DNA of 64,000 nucleotides from assembly GCA_963814375.1 (NCBI GenBank), contig CAWFCQ010000008.1, positions 320,001 to 384,000 of the forward strand. Reading direction: 5' to 3'. The position numbers were made by a program, and so were the translations under genes. Shown one piece after another: positions 32,093 through 42,558 of the stretch (positions are counted from its first letter, which is position 1; each line of letters opens with the position of its first letter). This DNA is from an uncultured Chloroflexia bacterium (GTDB lineage Bacteria > Chloroflexota > Limnocylindria > QHBO01). The notes beneath the pieces were generated by a model. It searched no databases, was not told the origin of the DNA, and saw only the letters and a list, made by a program, of their open reading frames with translations.

Positions 32093-32506
32093 ATGGCGGT
32101 CAGCGGTGCGCGCCCGGCAACGGGCCCATGGTTCCTCGGCCGGCGGACGCGCCCGCGTCCGCGCCCCAGGCCACGGCCCGCGGCACGCGCCGGTCGGCGC
32201 CGCGCCTCACGCATCGCGGCTCCCGCCAACATCCGACCCCAGCTGGTCGCGATCCTCGTGGCGGCCGCACTGGCCGTCTTCTACCTCAGCCAGTCCGGCC
32301 ACGTGGCGGCGACCGGCTACCAGATCGATTCGCTCGAGGCCGAGCTGCGCGTGCATCGCACGCTCCGGCAGCAGCTGATCCTCGAGATCGGCGAGGCGCG
32401 CTCGCCGGCCGAGATCACACAACGCGCGCGCGCCGTGCTGCACCTCGTCCCGCTCGAGGACGGCGCCGTCACCTTCGCCCCCACACCGGACGCCCGCGCC
32501 GATTGA
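32093..32506 (+). CDS. ftsL: Cell division protein FtsL-like
   Basis: Basic N-terminus, TM ending FYLSQ, coiled coil, RSPAEITQRARAVLHL; lies before ftsI. Confidence 0.75.
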   Translation: MAVSGARPATGPWFLGRRTRPRPRPRPRPAARAGRRRASRIAAPANIRPQLVAILVAAALAVFYLSQSGHVAATGYQIDSLEAELRVHRTLRQQLILEIGEARSPAEITQRARAVLHLVPLEDGAVTFAPTPDARAD

Positions 32507-32550
32507 CCTAGCTTCGCGGCCGATGGCGGCCGCACTCAACGGAGACAGTC

Positions 32551-34341
32551 ATGCTCGCCAGGACCGACAGTCGTGCCCGCGCACTGGTCCTCCTCCTCGT
32601 CGTCGCCCTGTTGGCGACGATGGTCGGCGCCCGGCTGATCTGGTGGCAGGTGGCGCAGCAGAGCTGGCTGACCGAGATGGCCCTCCATCAGCTGGCCCAG
32701 GAAGGATCGATCCCCGCCGAGCGTGGCGAGATCACGGACGTCAACGGTGAGCTGCTCGCGACGTCGGTCCAGCTGGAATCGGTGTTCGCCACGCCTCCCA
32801 CGGTCGACGACCCGGGCACCGCCGCCACGATCCTGGCGTCGGTGCTCGACATGCCGGCGGCCGAGATCCGCAGCCGCCTCGAGAGCGATCAGCCGTGGGT
32901 CTGGCTGAAGCGGCGCGTGGCCCCCGAGGTGTCCGAGCGCATCCGGTCGCTCGACTTGCGCGGGATCGGCATGCTGCCCGAGACGAAGCGGGTGTATCCG
33001 GTCGCCGGGGTCGGATGGGGGACCACGATCGCCTCGCAGCTCATCGGCTTCGTGGACGTCGATGGCATCGGGCAGTACGGGATCGAGGGCGGCGAGAACA
33101 GTCTGCTCGCCGGGACGCCCGGCATGGTGGCGGCGCAGGAGGACGTCGCCGGCCGCAGGATCGCCGACTCGGCGACGCTGCTCCAGGACCCCATCGATGG
33201 CGCCGACGTCCAGCTCACCATCGATGCGGGCGTGCAGTACCTGCTCGAGCAGGAGATCTGGGCGACCTACCGCAAGAATCGGGCAGCCGGAGCGACCGGC
33301 GTGATCATGAACGCGGAGACCGGCGCGATCGTCGCGATGGCGAGCTATCCGGGCTACGACGCCAACCTGTTCGCCACGACGGACGGCGATCTGTTTGCCA
33401 ATCCGGCCGTCGCACGCCAGTACGAGCCCGGATCGGTGATGAAGGCGTTCACGATCGCCTCAGCGCTCGACGCCGGAGCGATCACGACCGCCGATACCTT
33501 CGTTGACGACAACAACCTCCAGCTCGGCGGCATCCGCATCCAGAACGCCGACCGCGCCGATCACCCGTGGGGTCACGGCAGGATCACGCCGGCGCAGGTG
33601 CTCGCGCTCTCCAACAATGTCGGCGCCGCGAAGATCGGGCTCACCCTCGGTGGCGAGGAGCTGTACGAGGCGTTCCTGCGCTTCGGGTTCGGGGCCCCCA
33701 CCGGGATCGAACTGTCGGGGGAGGCATCCGGCAAGGTGTGGGATCCGGCCGGCCCCAATGCCTCAGGCGATCTCACGGCCGCCCAGAACGCCTTCGGTCA
33801 GGGTCTCAGCCTGACCGCGATCCAGCTCGTCGCGGGGTACGCGGCCTTCGCGAACGGTGGCACGTTGGTGACGCCGCACGTCGTAGGGGGATGGAGCGAT
33901 CCCGACGGCACCTACCACGAGGCGCATCAGCCGCCCGGCGAGCGGGTCATCCGCGCCGAAACCGCGGAGACGATGCGCGGCCTGCTGACGAACGCGATCG
34001 ACGAGGGCATTGCCAAGGGCGCACAGGTCCCCGGATACACGGTGGCGGGCAAGACGGGGACGGCGCAGATCGCCGGACCGGTCCGTGTGAAGAACTCGGA
34101 CGGCGAGGTCGTCGAGCGCTGGCAGTACATCAACGGCTGGGTCGACTCGAGCTTCGTCGGATTCCTGCCCGAAAGCGACCAGAAGCTCGTGGCGCTGATC
34201 CTCATCCACCGTCCGGCGGGAGGCGGCGGCCGCTACATGCCGGACCGCCCGGAGACCGTCTTTGCGCGGCTCATGCCGCAGGTGCTCGACTATCTCGCGG
34301 TCCCTCCGGACCGCCCGCTCGAACCGGTGGCGCAACCGTGA
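32551..34341 (+). CDS. ftsI: Class B penicillin-binding protein (septal transpeptidase)
   Basis: RGEITDVNG, KRVYP, YEPGSVMK (SxxK), SNN (SxN), KTGTAQ. Confidence 0.92.
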   Translation: MLARTDSRARALVLLLVVALLATMVGARLIWWQVAQQSWLTEMALHQLAQEGSIPAERGEITDVNGELLATSVQLESVFATPPTVDDPGTAATILASVLDMPAAEIRSRLESDQPWVWLKRRVAPEVSERIRSLDLRGIGMLPETKRVYPVAGVGWGTTIASQLIGFVDVDGIGQYGIEGGENSLLAGTPGMVAAQEDVAGRRIADSATLLQDPIDGADVQLTIDAGVQYLLEQEIWATYRKNRAAGATGVIMNAETGAIVAMASYPGYDANLFATTDGDLFANPAVARQYEPGSVMKAFTIASALDAGAITTADTFVDDNNLQLGGIRIQNADRADHPWGHGRITPAQVLALSNNVGAAKIGLTLGGEELYEAFLRFGFGAPTGIELSGEASGKVWDPAGPNASGDLTAAQNAFGQGLSLTAIQLVAGYAAFANGGTLVTPHVVGGWSDPDGTYHEAHQPPGERVIRAETAETMRGLLTNAIDEGIAKGAQVPGYTVAGKTGTAQIAGPVRVKNSDGEVVERWQYINGWVDSSFVGFLPESDQKLVALILIHRPAGGGGRYMPDRPETVFARLMPQVLDYLAVPPDRPLEPVAQP

Positions 34342-35781
34342 GACTGCTAGACTCGCCGCGCGTTCGCACCGCGATCGGAGAGGCTTCCACGATCCGCCTT
34401 GACGACCTGGTTGCCGCCACCGGCGGCCGCCTCATCGGTAGGGACTCCGCCGTCGAGATCGCCGGCGCTTCGGTCGACTCCCGTCGTATCACCCCCGGAT
34501 CCATCTTCGTCGCCCTGCGTGGCGAGCGCGCCGATGGGCACACCCACGTGGCCGATGCGCTGCGGGCCGGCGCCGTCGCCGCGCTCGTCGAACGGCCCGT
34601 CGACCTCCCGTCCGACATCGACGCTCCGCAGGTCGTGGTCCCCGATGCGCTCGACGCCCTCCAGGAGCTCGCCGCCTGGTGGCGATCGCGCCACGGCGTG
34701 CGGGTGGTCGGCATCACGGGCTCGACCGGCAAGACGATCGCGAAGGAGATCGTCGCCGATGTGCTGTCGCGCGGGGGTCTCGTCACCCTTCGCAACGCGG
34801 GCAACCTCAACTCGGAGACCGGTCTGCCGATGACCCTGCTCCGGCTCGGCGCCGAGCACGAGGCGGCGGTCCTCGAGATGAGCATGTACACCGTCGGCGA
34901 GATCGCGCGGCTGGCCGAGATCGCCGACCCCGAGATCGGTGTCGTGCTGGCCGTTCACCCGGCTCACCTGGAGCGCGCCGGGAGCATCGAGCGCATCGCC
35001 GAGGCGAAGTCCGAGCTGCCCGCCGCGCTGCCCGCGGACGGCCTGGCGGTGCTCAATGCCGACGACCCGCGCGTGGTGGCCATGGCCGGGATCACCAGGG
35101 CCGAGGTGCGCACATTCGGCCTCGGGCGCTGCCGCCGACGTGAGGGCGGACCAGATCGTCGGGCACGGCCTGGCCGGCACCGAGTTCACGCTTCACGCTG
35201 CCTGGGGCAGCCGCCGCATGATGAGCGCCACCCCGGGCCGGCACCTGGTCCCACATGCCCTCGCCGCCGCTGCCGTGGCGGAGCGGATGGGCGTCGCGCT
35301 CGACGACGTCGCCGAAGCGCTGCGCGCCGGGAGCCGCGCCGAGCACCGGATGAGCGTCGTGGAATCTGCATCCGGTGCGACGCTCGTGGACGATACCTAC
35401 AACGCCTCGCCGGTGAGCACCGGAGCCGCGCTCGCTTTCCTGGCCGAGACGCCGGTGGCGGCGGGTCGCCGACGCATCGCGGTGCTCGGCGACATGCTCG
35501 AGCTCGGACCCGATGAGGAGCGCCTCCACCGCCAGATCGGTGAGCAGGCGGCGCGCATTGCCGACGGGATCGTGACGGTCGGCGCGCGAGGCCGCTGGAT
35601 GGCGGAGGCCGCCAGGGCGGCCGGCGCGAGCCGGGTCGCCGTCGCCGACGACGCTGAGACGGCCGCCGAGATCCTGGAGCGCGAGCTCGCTCCGACGGTC
35701 GGCGACCTCGTCCTGCTCAAGGCGTCGCGCGGCATCGGCCTCGACCGCACCGTCGAGCTCCTGACGGGAGGCGCGGCATGA
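34338..35781 (+). CDS. murF: UDP-MurNAc-tripeptide--D-Ala-D-Ala ligase; frameshift near 35125
   Basis: DSRRI, FVALRGERADGH, ITGSTGKT, GNLNSETGLP, VLEM, LNADDP; then shifted frame DDTYNASP, VLGDMLELG, LLKASRG. Confidence 0.92.
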
Positions 35782-36764
35782 CGCTCGTCGACATCGCGGT
35801 CGCGGTCCTGCTCGCCTTCGTCGGAATGGTGCTGCTGGCGCCGATCTACATCAACCTCCTGCAGCGGCTCGGCTACGGCAAGCAGATCCGGATCGACGGT
35901 CCCGAGGCCCACTACGGCAAGGCCGGCACGCCGACGATGGGCGGCATGCTGGTCGTGAGCGTCGTGCTGTTCCTGGCCATGGCGCTGCGAATCGAGGACG
36001 CGGCGACATTGACGCCGATGCTGACCCTCATGGGGGTCGGGATCCTCGGCGCGGTCGACGACTTCGTCAACGTTCGGACCGGGTTCGGCATGCGCGGCCG
36101 ATGGAAGCTCGTCTGGCAGACGGCGGTCGCGATCCTCGCGGGTTTCTACATCTGGAGCCACTTCAACCTGACCGGCATCAACATCCCGTTCCTCGGCCAG
36201 TTCGAGGTCGCGCCACTGCTCCTCATCGGCTTCATCGCCTTCGTCATCGTCGGAACGAGCAACGCCGTGAACCTGACCGATGGGTTGGACGGGCTCGCCG
36301 GCGGCGTCCTCATCTTCAGCTTCGTCGCCTACCTCCTTATCAGCCTCGTCCCGGTCGCCGGCGTGAAGATTGCCCAGCCCAACCTCGCCGTCTTCTGCGC
36401 GCTGATCATCGGTGCGCTGATGGGGTTCCTCTGGTTCAACGTGCACCCCGCGCAGATCTTCATGGGCGACTCCGGCGCGCTGAGCCTGGGCGCGACGCTC
36501 GCGGTCGTGGCCACCGTCAACGGCCAGCTGCCGCTGCTGGCGGTCGTGGGAATCGTCTTCTTCGCCGTGATCATGAGCGTGGTGCTCCAGGTGCTCAGCT
36601 ACCGGCTCTGCGGGCGGCGGATCTTCCGCATTGCGCCACTCCACCACCACTTCGAGCTCCTCGGCTGGGCGGAGGAGAAGATCACGCTCCGCTTCTGGAT
36701 CGTGGCGGCCCTGGGAGGGCTGCTCGGGTTCAGCATCTTCCTCGCAAGCGTGCAGGCGCTCTAG
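35778..36764 (+). CDS. mraY: Phospho-MurNAc-pentapeptide transferase
   Basis: KAGTPTMGG, GAVDD, SNAVNLTDGLDGL, FMGDSG, APLHHHFE. Confidence 0.96.
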   Translation: MTLVDIAVAVLLAFVGMVLLAPIYINLLQRLGYGKQIRIDGPEAHYGKAGTPTMGGMLVVSVVLFLAMALRIEDAATLTPMLTLMGVGILGAVDDFVNVRTGFGMRGRWKLVWQTAVAILAGFYIWSHFNLTGINIPFLGQFEVAPLLLIGFIAFVIVGTSNAVNLTDGLDGLAGGVLIFSFVAYLLISLVPVAGVKIAQPNLAVFCALIIGALMGFLWFNVHPAQIFMGDSGALSLGATLAVVATVNGQLPLLAVVGIVFFAVIMSVVLQVLSYRLCGRRIFRIAPLHHHFELLGWAEEKITLRFWIVAALGGLLGFSIFLASVQAL

Positions 36765-36772
36765 GTGGACCG

Positions 36773-38200
36773 ATGATGGCGGCACCGATCCAGCCACCGG
36801 TCCGGACCCGCGACGACCTGCGCGGCCGCCGCGTCGTCGTCCTGGGGCTGGCCCGATCCGGTGTGGCCGCGGCTCGCTTCCTGGCCGATGCCGGCGCCGT
36901 CGTCGCGGCCTACGACCGGCGGCCGGCAGCGGAGCTGGCCGAGGCCGTCGCGGCCCTCGGCGCGCGCCCGGTACGGCTCGCCCTCGGCGTCGCGTCCGAG
37001 GAAGCGGTCGCCCTGTTCGAGCACGCCGACGTACTGGTCACGAGCCCGTCAGTCTCGGCCCGCTTCCCGACCACCGATCCGTGGCTGCGCGACGCGCTGC
37101 GCGAGGCGGAGGAGCGAGGCGTGGAGGTCGTCAGCGAGGTCGGCCTCTTCCTGCGGCTGACCCAGGCGCGGGTCGCCGCGGTGACCGGGACGAAGGGCAA
37201 GACCACCACCGCCTCCATGCTCTCCGCCATGCTCGAGGCGGGTGGCGTATCGCACCTGCTGGGCGGCAACATCGGGACCCCGCTGATCGAGCGCGCCGAC
37301 GAGCTCGGCCCCGACGACTGGGCCGTGCTCGAGCTCTCCGAGCTCCAGCTGCCGACCATCGACCGCGGCGCCGACATCGCGCTGTACACGAACATCGGCG
37401 AGGACCACCTCGACCGTCATGGCACCGTCGAGTCCTACCGGGCGGTCAAGGCGATCCTCGCCGATCTGACCGCGCCGAGCGGCCGCGTCGTCCTCAACTT
37501 CGACGATCCTGGCTGTCGTGAGCTCGGCGATCGGCTGCCCCCCGTCAGCGTGGCGTGGTATGGCGCGGCCGAGCCGGGTCGCGGACGGGTCGAGGCGTGG
37601 GTCGCGGAGGACGGCTGGCTCGTCGTTGCGGGCGAGCGGCTGCTGCCGGCCACCGACGTGCCGCTGCCCGGATGGCACATGCGCGCCAACGTCATCGGCG
37701 CGGCGCTGGCAGCCAACCTCGTTGGCGTCGCCTCGTCGGCGATCGCGGACGCGATTCGGGGCTTCTCCGGCGTGCCGCATCGGCTCGAGACGATCGGTGA
37801 GCGCGAGGCGGTGCGCTGGGTGAACGACTCCCAGGCCACGGTGCCGGCAGCGGCGATCGCCGGACTCGAGGCCTTCGACGCCCCGGTCGTCGTCATCGCC
37901 GGCGGCAAGGACAAGGGGGTGGCGTACGAGGCCTTCGCCGATGCGATCGCGGCCCATGGCCGCGCCGCCATCCTGATCGGCGAGACGGCGGACGAGCTCG
38001 CGGCGCTCATCGGCGAGCGCGTGCCGGTGAGCCGCGCCGGCTCGATGGAGGAAGCGGTCGACATCGCGTCGCGCGTCGCCGAGGCCGGCGACGTGGTGCT
38101 GCTCGCCCCGGCGGCGGCCAGCTTCGACATGTTCGTCGACTACGCGGCGCGCGGCGATGCGTTCCGGGCCGCCTTCGACCGTCTCGGCGAAGCGTCATGA
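36773..38200 (+). CDS. murD: UDP-MurNAc-L-Ala--D-Glu ligase
   Basis: GLARSG, VTGTKGKTTT, GGNIG, DHLDRH, HRLE, NDSQAT, GGKDKG, PAAASFDMF. Confidence 0.93.
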   Translation: MMAAPIQPPVRTRDDLRGRRVVVLGLARSGVAAARFLADAGAVVAAYDRRPAAELAEAVAALGARPVRLALGVASEEAVALFEHADVLVTSPSVSARFPTTDPWLRDALREAEERGVEVVSEVGLFLRLTQARVAAVTGTKGKTTTASMLSAMLEAGGVSHLLGGNIGTPLIERADELGPDDWAVLELSELQLPTIDRGADIALYTNIGEDHLDRHGTVESYRAVKAILADLTAPSGRVVLNFDDPGCRELGDRLPPVSVAWYGAAEPGRGRVEAWVAEDGWLVVAGERLLPATDVPLPGWHMRANVIGAALAANLVGVASSAIADAIRGFSGVPHRLETIGEREAVRWVNDSQATVPAAAIAGLEAFDAPVVVIAGGKDKGVAYEAFADAIAAHGRAAILIGETADELAALIGERVPVSRAGSMEEAVDIASRVAEAGDVVLLAPAAASFDMFVDYAARGDAFRAAFDRLGEAS

Positions 38201-39474
38201 CCGCGATCGCGACACCGGCGACCTCCACCCGCCGCTCTTCCCGGAGCGCCGCGCGGGGCGGCGTGCGACGGGAACGCCACGAGCCGGCGTATGCGCTGCT
38301 CCTGGCGGTCATGGCGCTCACCGCCATCGGCATCGTGATGGTCTTCTCGGCGTCGAGCGTGCGCTCCTACTTCAACGGCGGCGACCCGGCGGCGCAGGGG
38401 ATCGAGCAGCTGATCTGGGCCACGCTCGGCCTCGGCGGCCTGCTGGTGGCGATGCGCATCGACTTCCGCCACCTGCGATACCTGGCCATCCCGATCTTCG
38501 TCATCACGCTCGTGCTGCTGGCCGTGGTTCTCATCCCGTCCATCGGCTACGAGGCCAACGGCTCGCGGCGCTGGCTCGTCATCCCCGGCATCGGCACCCT
38601 TCAGCCCGCCGAGTTCGCGAAGCTGGCGGTCGTCCTCTACTTGGCGCACTGGCTCGACCGGCGCGGGAAGTCGGCGCGGAGCTTCTGGAACGGCCTCGTC
38701 CCGTTCACGTTGCTCGTGGCGCCCGGCTTCCTCCTCATCGCCGCCGAGCCGGATCTCGGGACGGCCGGCGTATACGCGGCGATCGCCGGGAGCATCTTCT
38801 TCATGGCCGGCGCCAACCTGCTGTACCTCGGCGTCATCGGCGCCGGCGTGCTCGGGGCGGCGTGGATCATGGTGACCACCACGAGCTATCAGCTGGCGCG
38901 GGTGCAGGGCTTCCTCGATCCGTTCTCCGACCCGCTGCGATCGGGCTACAACGCCGCCCAGGCTCTGCTGGCACTCGGCCTCGGGGGTCTCACCGGGCTC
39001 GGCCTCGGCGAGAGCCGTCAGAAGTTCCTCTACCTGCCGGCTCCCTCGACGGACTTCATCTTCGCGATCATCGGCGAGGAGTGGGGGCTGGTCGGCACGC
39101 TCACGGTGGTGGCGCTCTTCGTGGTGATCGCCTACCAGGGCTACCGCATCGCCATCCACGCCCCGGACACGTTCTCGGGCCTCGTGGCGTGCGGCATCAC
39201 GACGTGGCTCCTGGCCCAGGCCCTCATCAACATGATGGTCGTCACGGCGCTCCTGCCGGTGACGGGCATCCCCCTTCCCTTCATCAGCGCCGGCGGCTCG
39301 GCACTGACGATCAACCTCGCGGCGATCGGGATTCTGCTCTCGATCAGCCGCGAGACCAGCCAGACAGGATCATTGCGCGATGCGGTATTCGGTGTCGGGC
39401 GGCGGGACCGGCGGGCACATCTACCCCGCGCTGGCCGTCGCGCGAGCCCTTCGCGACGCACGTCGCGACGTTGA
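38197..39474 (+). CDS. ftsW: SEDS family peptidoglycan polymerase FtsW
   Basis: NGSRRW, QPAEFAK, EPDLGT, TDFIFAIIGEEWG, PVTGIPLPFISAGGS. Confidence 0.95.
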   Translation: MTAIATPATSTRRSSRSAARGGVRRERHEPAYALLLAVMALTAIGIVMVFSASSVRSYFNGGDPAAQGIEQLIWATLGLGGLLVAMRIDFRHLRYLAIPIFVITLVLLAVVLIPSIGYEANGSRRWLVIPGIGTLQPAEFAKLAVVLYLAHWLDRRGKSARSFWNGLVPFTLLVAPGFLLIAAEPDLGTAGVYAAIAGSIFFMAGANLLYLGVIGAGVLGAAWIMVTTTSYQLARVQGFLDPFSDPLRSGYNAAQALLALGLGGLTGLGLGESRQKFLYLPAPSTDFIFAIIGEEWGLVGTLTVVALFVVIAYQGYRIAIHAPDTFSGLVACGITTWLLAQALINMMVVTALLPVTGIPLPFISAGGSALTINLAAIGILLSISRETSQTGSLRDAVFGVGRRDRRAHLPRAGRRASPSRRTSRR

Positions 39475-40510
39475 GCTCGACTACATCGGCGGTGTCCGCG
39501 GCTTCGAGCGCAGGCTCGTGGCCGGCCACCCGATGCGCGGGGAGATGGAGTACCACGAGCTCGTGGTGCGCTCCCTTCGCTCGGCCGGTCTCTCGTATCA
39601 CACTGTGCTCGACCCGGTTCGGCTCGCGGCATCGATGCCCCAGGCATGGTGGCTGCTCGGGCGCCTGCGACCCGCGGCACTCTTCACCACCGGCGGGTAT
39701 CTCGCCCTGCCGCTCGTCCTCGCGGCGCGGGCTCGCGGCATCCCGACACTGGTCTGGGAGGGCAACGTGCTGCCCGGCCGAGCCACCCGTGCCATCGGGC
39801 GCTTCGCGACGCGCGTGGCCGTCAGCTTTCCTCCCACGCTCGAGGCCTTCCCCGGCAACGGCTTCGTCTCCGGCACGCCGATCCGCTCGTTCGAGGGCAT
39901 CGACCGCGAGGCGGCGCGCCGCTCGTTGGGCGTGGCGCCCGAGGAGCGCCTCCTCCTCGTCTTCGGCGGGTCACAGGCCGTGACCCGGCTCAACACCGCC
40001 ACCTTCGCGGCCCTGCCCGAGCTGCTCGCGGACTGGCGCGTCCTGCACCTCACCGGCGAGTCGGGTGTGGCCGATGCCGGCGCCGCGCGAGAGGCCCTGC
40101 CCGAGCCGATGCGCCAGCGCTACACCTCGGAGCCGTTCCTGGCCGATCGGATGGCGGACGCCCTCGTGGCCGCCGATGCCGTGCTCGGTCGCGCCGGTTC
40201 CTCCACCTGCGCCGAGGTCGCCGCGGTCGGCGTGGCCTCGATCCTCGTGCCGTATCCGTACGCCGGCGCCCACCAGCGCTACAACGCGTCGTACCTCGCG
40301 GACGAGGGCGCGGCCGTCAGCATCCCCGACGACGAGCTCGACGGTGAGCGGCTCATCCGGGAGGCCGCCGCCCTGCGCGACGACAAGCGACGCACGGCAA
40401 TGGGAGCGGCCGCCCGCAAGCTCGGTCGCCCCGATGCGGCGGAAAGCCTGGCAGCGGCGCTGATGGCGTTGGCCGAAGGCGGCGCTGCGCCGTCGGAGAC
40501 ATCGTCATGA
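39380..40510 (+). CDS. murG: Lipid I N-acetylglucosaminyltransferase
   Basis: GGGTGGHIYPA, TGGY, FGGSQA, RAGSST, ILVPYP...HQRYNA. Confidence 0.95.
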   Translation: MRYSVSGGGTGGHIYPALAVARALRDARRDVELDYIGGVRGFERRLVAGHPMRGEMEYHELVVRSLRSAGLSYHTVLDPVRLAASMPQAWWLLGRLRPAALFTTGGYLALPLVLAARARGIPTLVWEGNVLPGRATRAIGRFATRVAVSFPPTLEAFPGNGFVSGTPIRSFEGIDREAARRSLGVAPEERLLLVFGGSQAVTRLNTATFAALPELLADWRVLHLTGESGVADAGAAREALPEPMRQRYTSEPFLADRMADALVAADAVLGRAGSSTCAEVAAVGVASILVPYPYAGAHQRYNASYLADEGAAVSIPDDELDGERLIREAAALRDDKRRTAMGAAARKLGRPDAAESLAAALMALAEGGAAPSETSS

Positions 40511-41449
40511 ACGCGGTCGTGGCCGATGCTCTCGTCAGGCTTGATGAGCTCGCAGCGGCCGACGGTCTCGAGCTTGCGATCGACGCACCCCTCGCGCCGC
40601 TCACCACGCTCCGCGTCGGCGGGCCGGCCGACCGCATGGCGACACCAAAGACGACCGACGAGCTCGTCAGCCTCCTCCGGGCCGCGGCCGCGGCGGAGCT
40701 CCCGGTGTTCATCCTGGGCAAGGGCAGCGACCTCGTGGTCGCCGACGCCGGCATTCGTGGCCTCGTCATCCGCGTGCGCGCCGATGCGGTCCACGTCGAA
40801 GGAACCGTGCTGCGGGCCGAGGCAGGCGCATCGATGACCGGGCTGGCGAAGTCCTGCGCCCGAACCGGGATGGCCGGCTTCGACTGGGCGATCAGCATCC
40901 CCGGCTCGTTCGGCGGGGCGATCTGGGCCAATGCCGGCGCGCACGCAGGCGAGATGGCCGACGTGCTGCGAGAGGTCGAGGTGGTCGATCGGCGCGGCGC
41001 TTCGCGGCGCGTCGTTCCGGCCGCCGAATGCGGCTTCGCCTATCGCGAGTCGCGTTTCAAGCACACCGACGACGTGATCCTCGGCGGCGTGCTGGACCTG
41101 CGGGGTCGGTGACCCGGGCGCCATCAGCGCACTGGTCGATGCACACCAGGCGCAGCGCGCCGCGACGCAGCCACTGGCCGACCAGAATGCCGGCAGCGTC
41201 TTCCGCAACCCGGAGGGCGACCATGCCGGGCGCCTCATCGAGGCGGCAGGCCTGAAGGGCCATCGCATCGGCACCGCCCAGGTCAGCACTCTCCACGCGA
41301 ACTTCATCGTCACCGATCGAGGGCGGGGTCGCGCCAGCGACGTCCGTGCCCTTGGCGACCACGTGCGCGCCACCGTCGCCGATCGCTTCGGGATCGAGCT
41401 CCGCTACGAGATCGAGTTCGTGGGCGACTGGCCCGGGCTGCCGCAGTGA
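40507..41449 (+). CDS. murB: UDP-N-acetylenolpyruvoylglucosamine reductase; frameshift near 41102
   Basis: TTLRVGGPA, LGKGSDL, IPGSFGGA..NAGA, FAYRES; shifted frame TQP...NAGSVFRNP, HANFIV, LRYEI; stop overlaps the ddl GTG. Confidence 0.92.
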
Positions 41450-42558
41450 GCGATCGGCTGCGGGTCGGGGTCTTCGCCGGTGGACGGTCGGCCGAGCACG
41501 AGGTGAGCGTTGCGTCGGCCGAGTCCGTGCTGCGGCACATCGACCGCGACCGCTATGAGCCGTACCTGGTGTACATCGACCGCGAAGGGCGCTGGATGCT
41601 GCCCGAGGGCCCGGCGCCGGCTCTGGAGGATGGGCAGTCGCTCGCGGGCCTCATCGGGGCCGCCAGCCCTGCCGAGGAGGTGGCGCGGCTGCGGTCGCAC
41701 GAGGAGCACAGCCTGCCCGCTCCGACGGGGGAGAGGTCGTTGGCGGCGCGATCTGCGGTGCGTTCGCTGGCCGAGGCGATCGACGTGGCCTTTCTCGTCG
41801 TCCACGGTCCCTTCGGCGAGGATGGCACGCTCCAGGGCTTCCTCGAGCTGGCAGGCATCCCGTACACCGGGGCCGGGGTGCTGGCGAGCGCGGTGGCGAT
41901 GGACAAGATCGTCTTCAAGGACCTCATGCGCGGCCACGGGCTGCCGGTCGTCGACTACGAGTGGTTCCGGCGCGGCACGTGGCAGCGGGAGCCGGACCGC
42001 GTGCTGCGCAACATCGGCGAGCGCATCGGCTCCGTGGCGGTCGTCAAGCCGGCGCGGCTCGGCAGCAGCGTCGGGATGTCGCTGGCCCACTCGGCCGACG
42101 AGCTGCCCGCGGCGCTCGACGAGGCGTTCCGCTACGACAGCAAGGCCATCGTCGAGGCCTATGTCGCCGGGGCCCGCGAGCTCGAATGCGGCATCCTCGG
42201 CACCGATGACCCGATCGTCTTCGAGCCCGGGGAGGTGCGGTCGAGCCACGAGCTGTACGACTACGAGGCCAAGTACGTCGCCGGCCTCGCCAGCGTCGAG
42301 CCGCGCGCCGACATCGACCCCGGGCTGGCGGCTCGACTCAAGGAGCTGGCCCTCGCCTCGTACCGGGCCGTCGACGGCGCCGGGTTGGCGCGCCTCGACT
42401 TCCTGGTCGCCGGTGACGAGGTCTACATCAGCGAGATGAACACGCTGCCGGGATTCACACAGACCAGCATGTACCCCAAGCAGGCCGAGCTTGCCGGGCT
42501 GTCGTTCGACCAGCTCATCGCGCGCCTCATCGAGCTCGCCTTGGAACGCGACCGATGA
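41446..42558 (+). CDS. ddl: D-alanine--D-alanine ligase
   Basis: GGRSAEHEVS, HGPFGEDG, GSSVG, YDYEAKY, EMNTLPGFT. Confidence 0.95.
   Translation: MSDRLRVGVFAGGRSAEHEVSVASAESVLRHIDRDRYEPYLVYIDREGRWMLPEGPAPALEDGQSLAGLIGAASPAEEVARLRSHEEHSLPAPTGERSLAARSAVRSLAEAIDVAFLVVHGPFGEDGTLQGFLELAGIPYTGAGVLASAVAMDKIVFKDLMRGHGLPVVDYEWFRRGTWQREPDRVLRNIGERIGSVAVVKPARLGSSVGMSLAHSADELPAALDEAFRYDSKAIVEAYVAGARELECGILGTDDPIVFEPGEVRSSHELYDYEAKYVAGLASVEPRADIDPGLAARLKELALASYRAVDGAGLARLDFLVAGDEVYISEMNTLPGFTQTSMYPKQAELAGLSFDQLIARLIELALERDR

Noticed and set aside
41100-41115. TGA in murB as a possible selenocysteine or readthrough codon
   Set aside because: Homology resumes in a different frame after a GGGG run, so this is a frameshift and not an in-frame stop.
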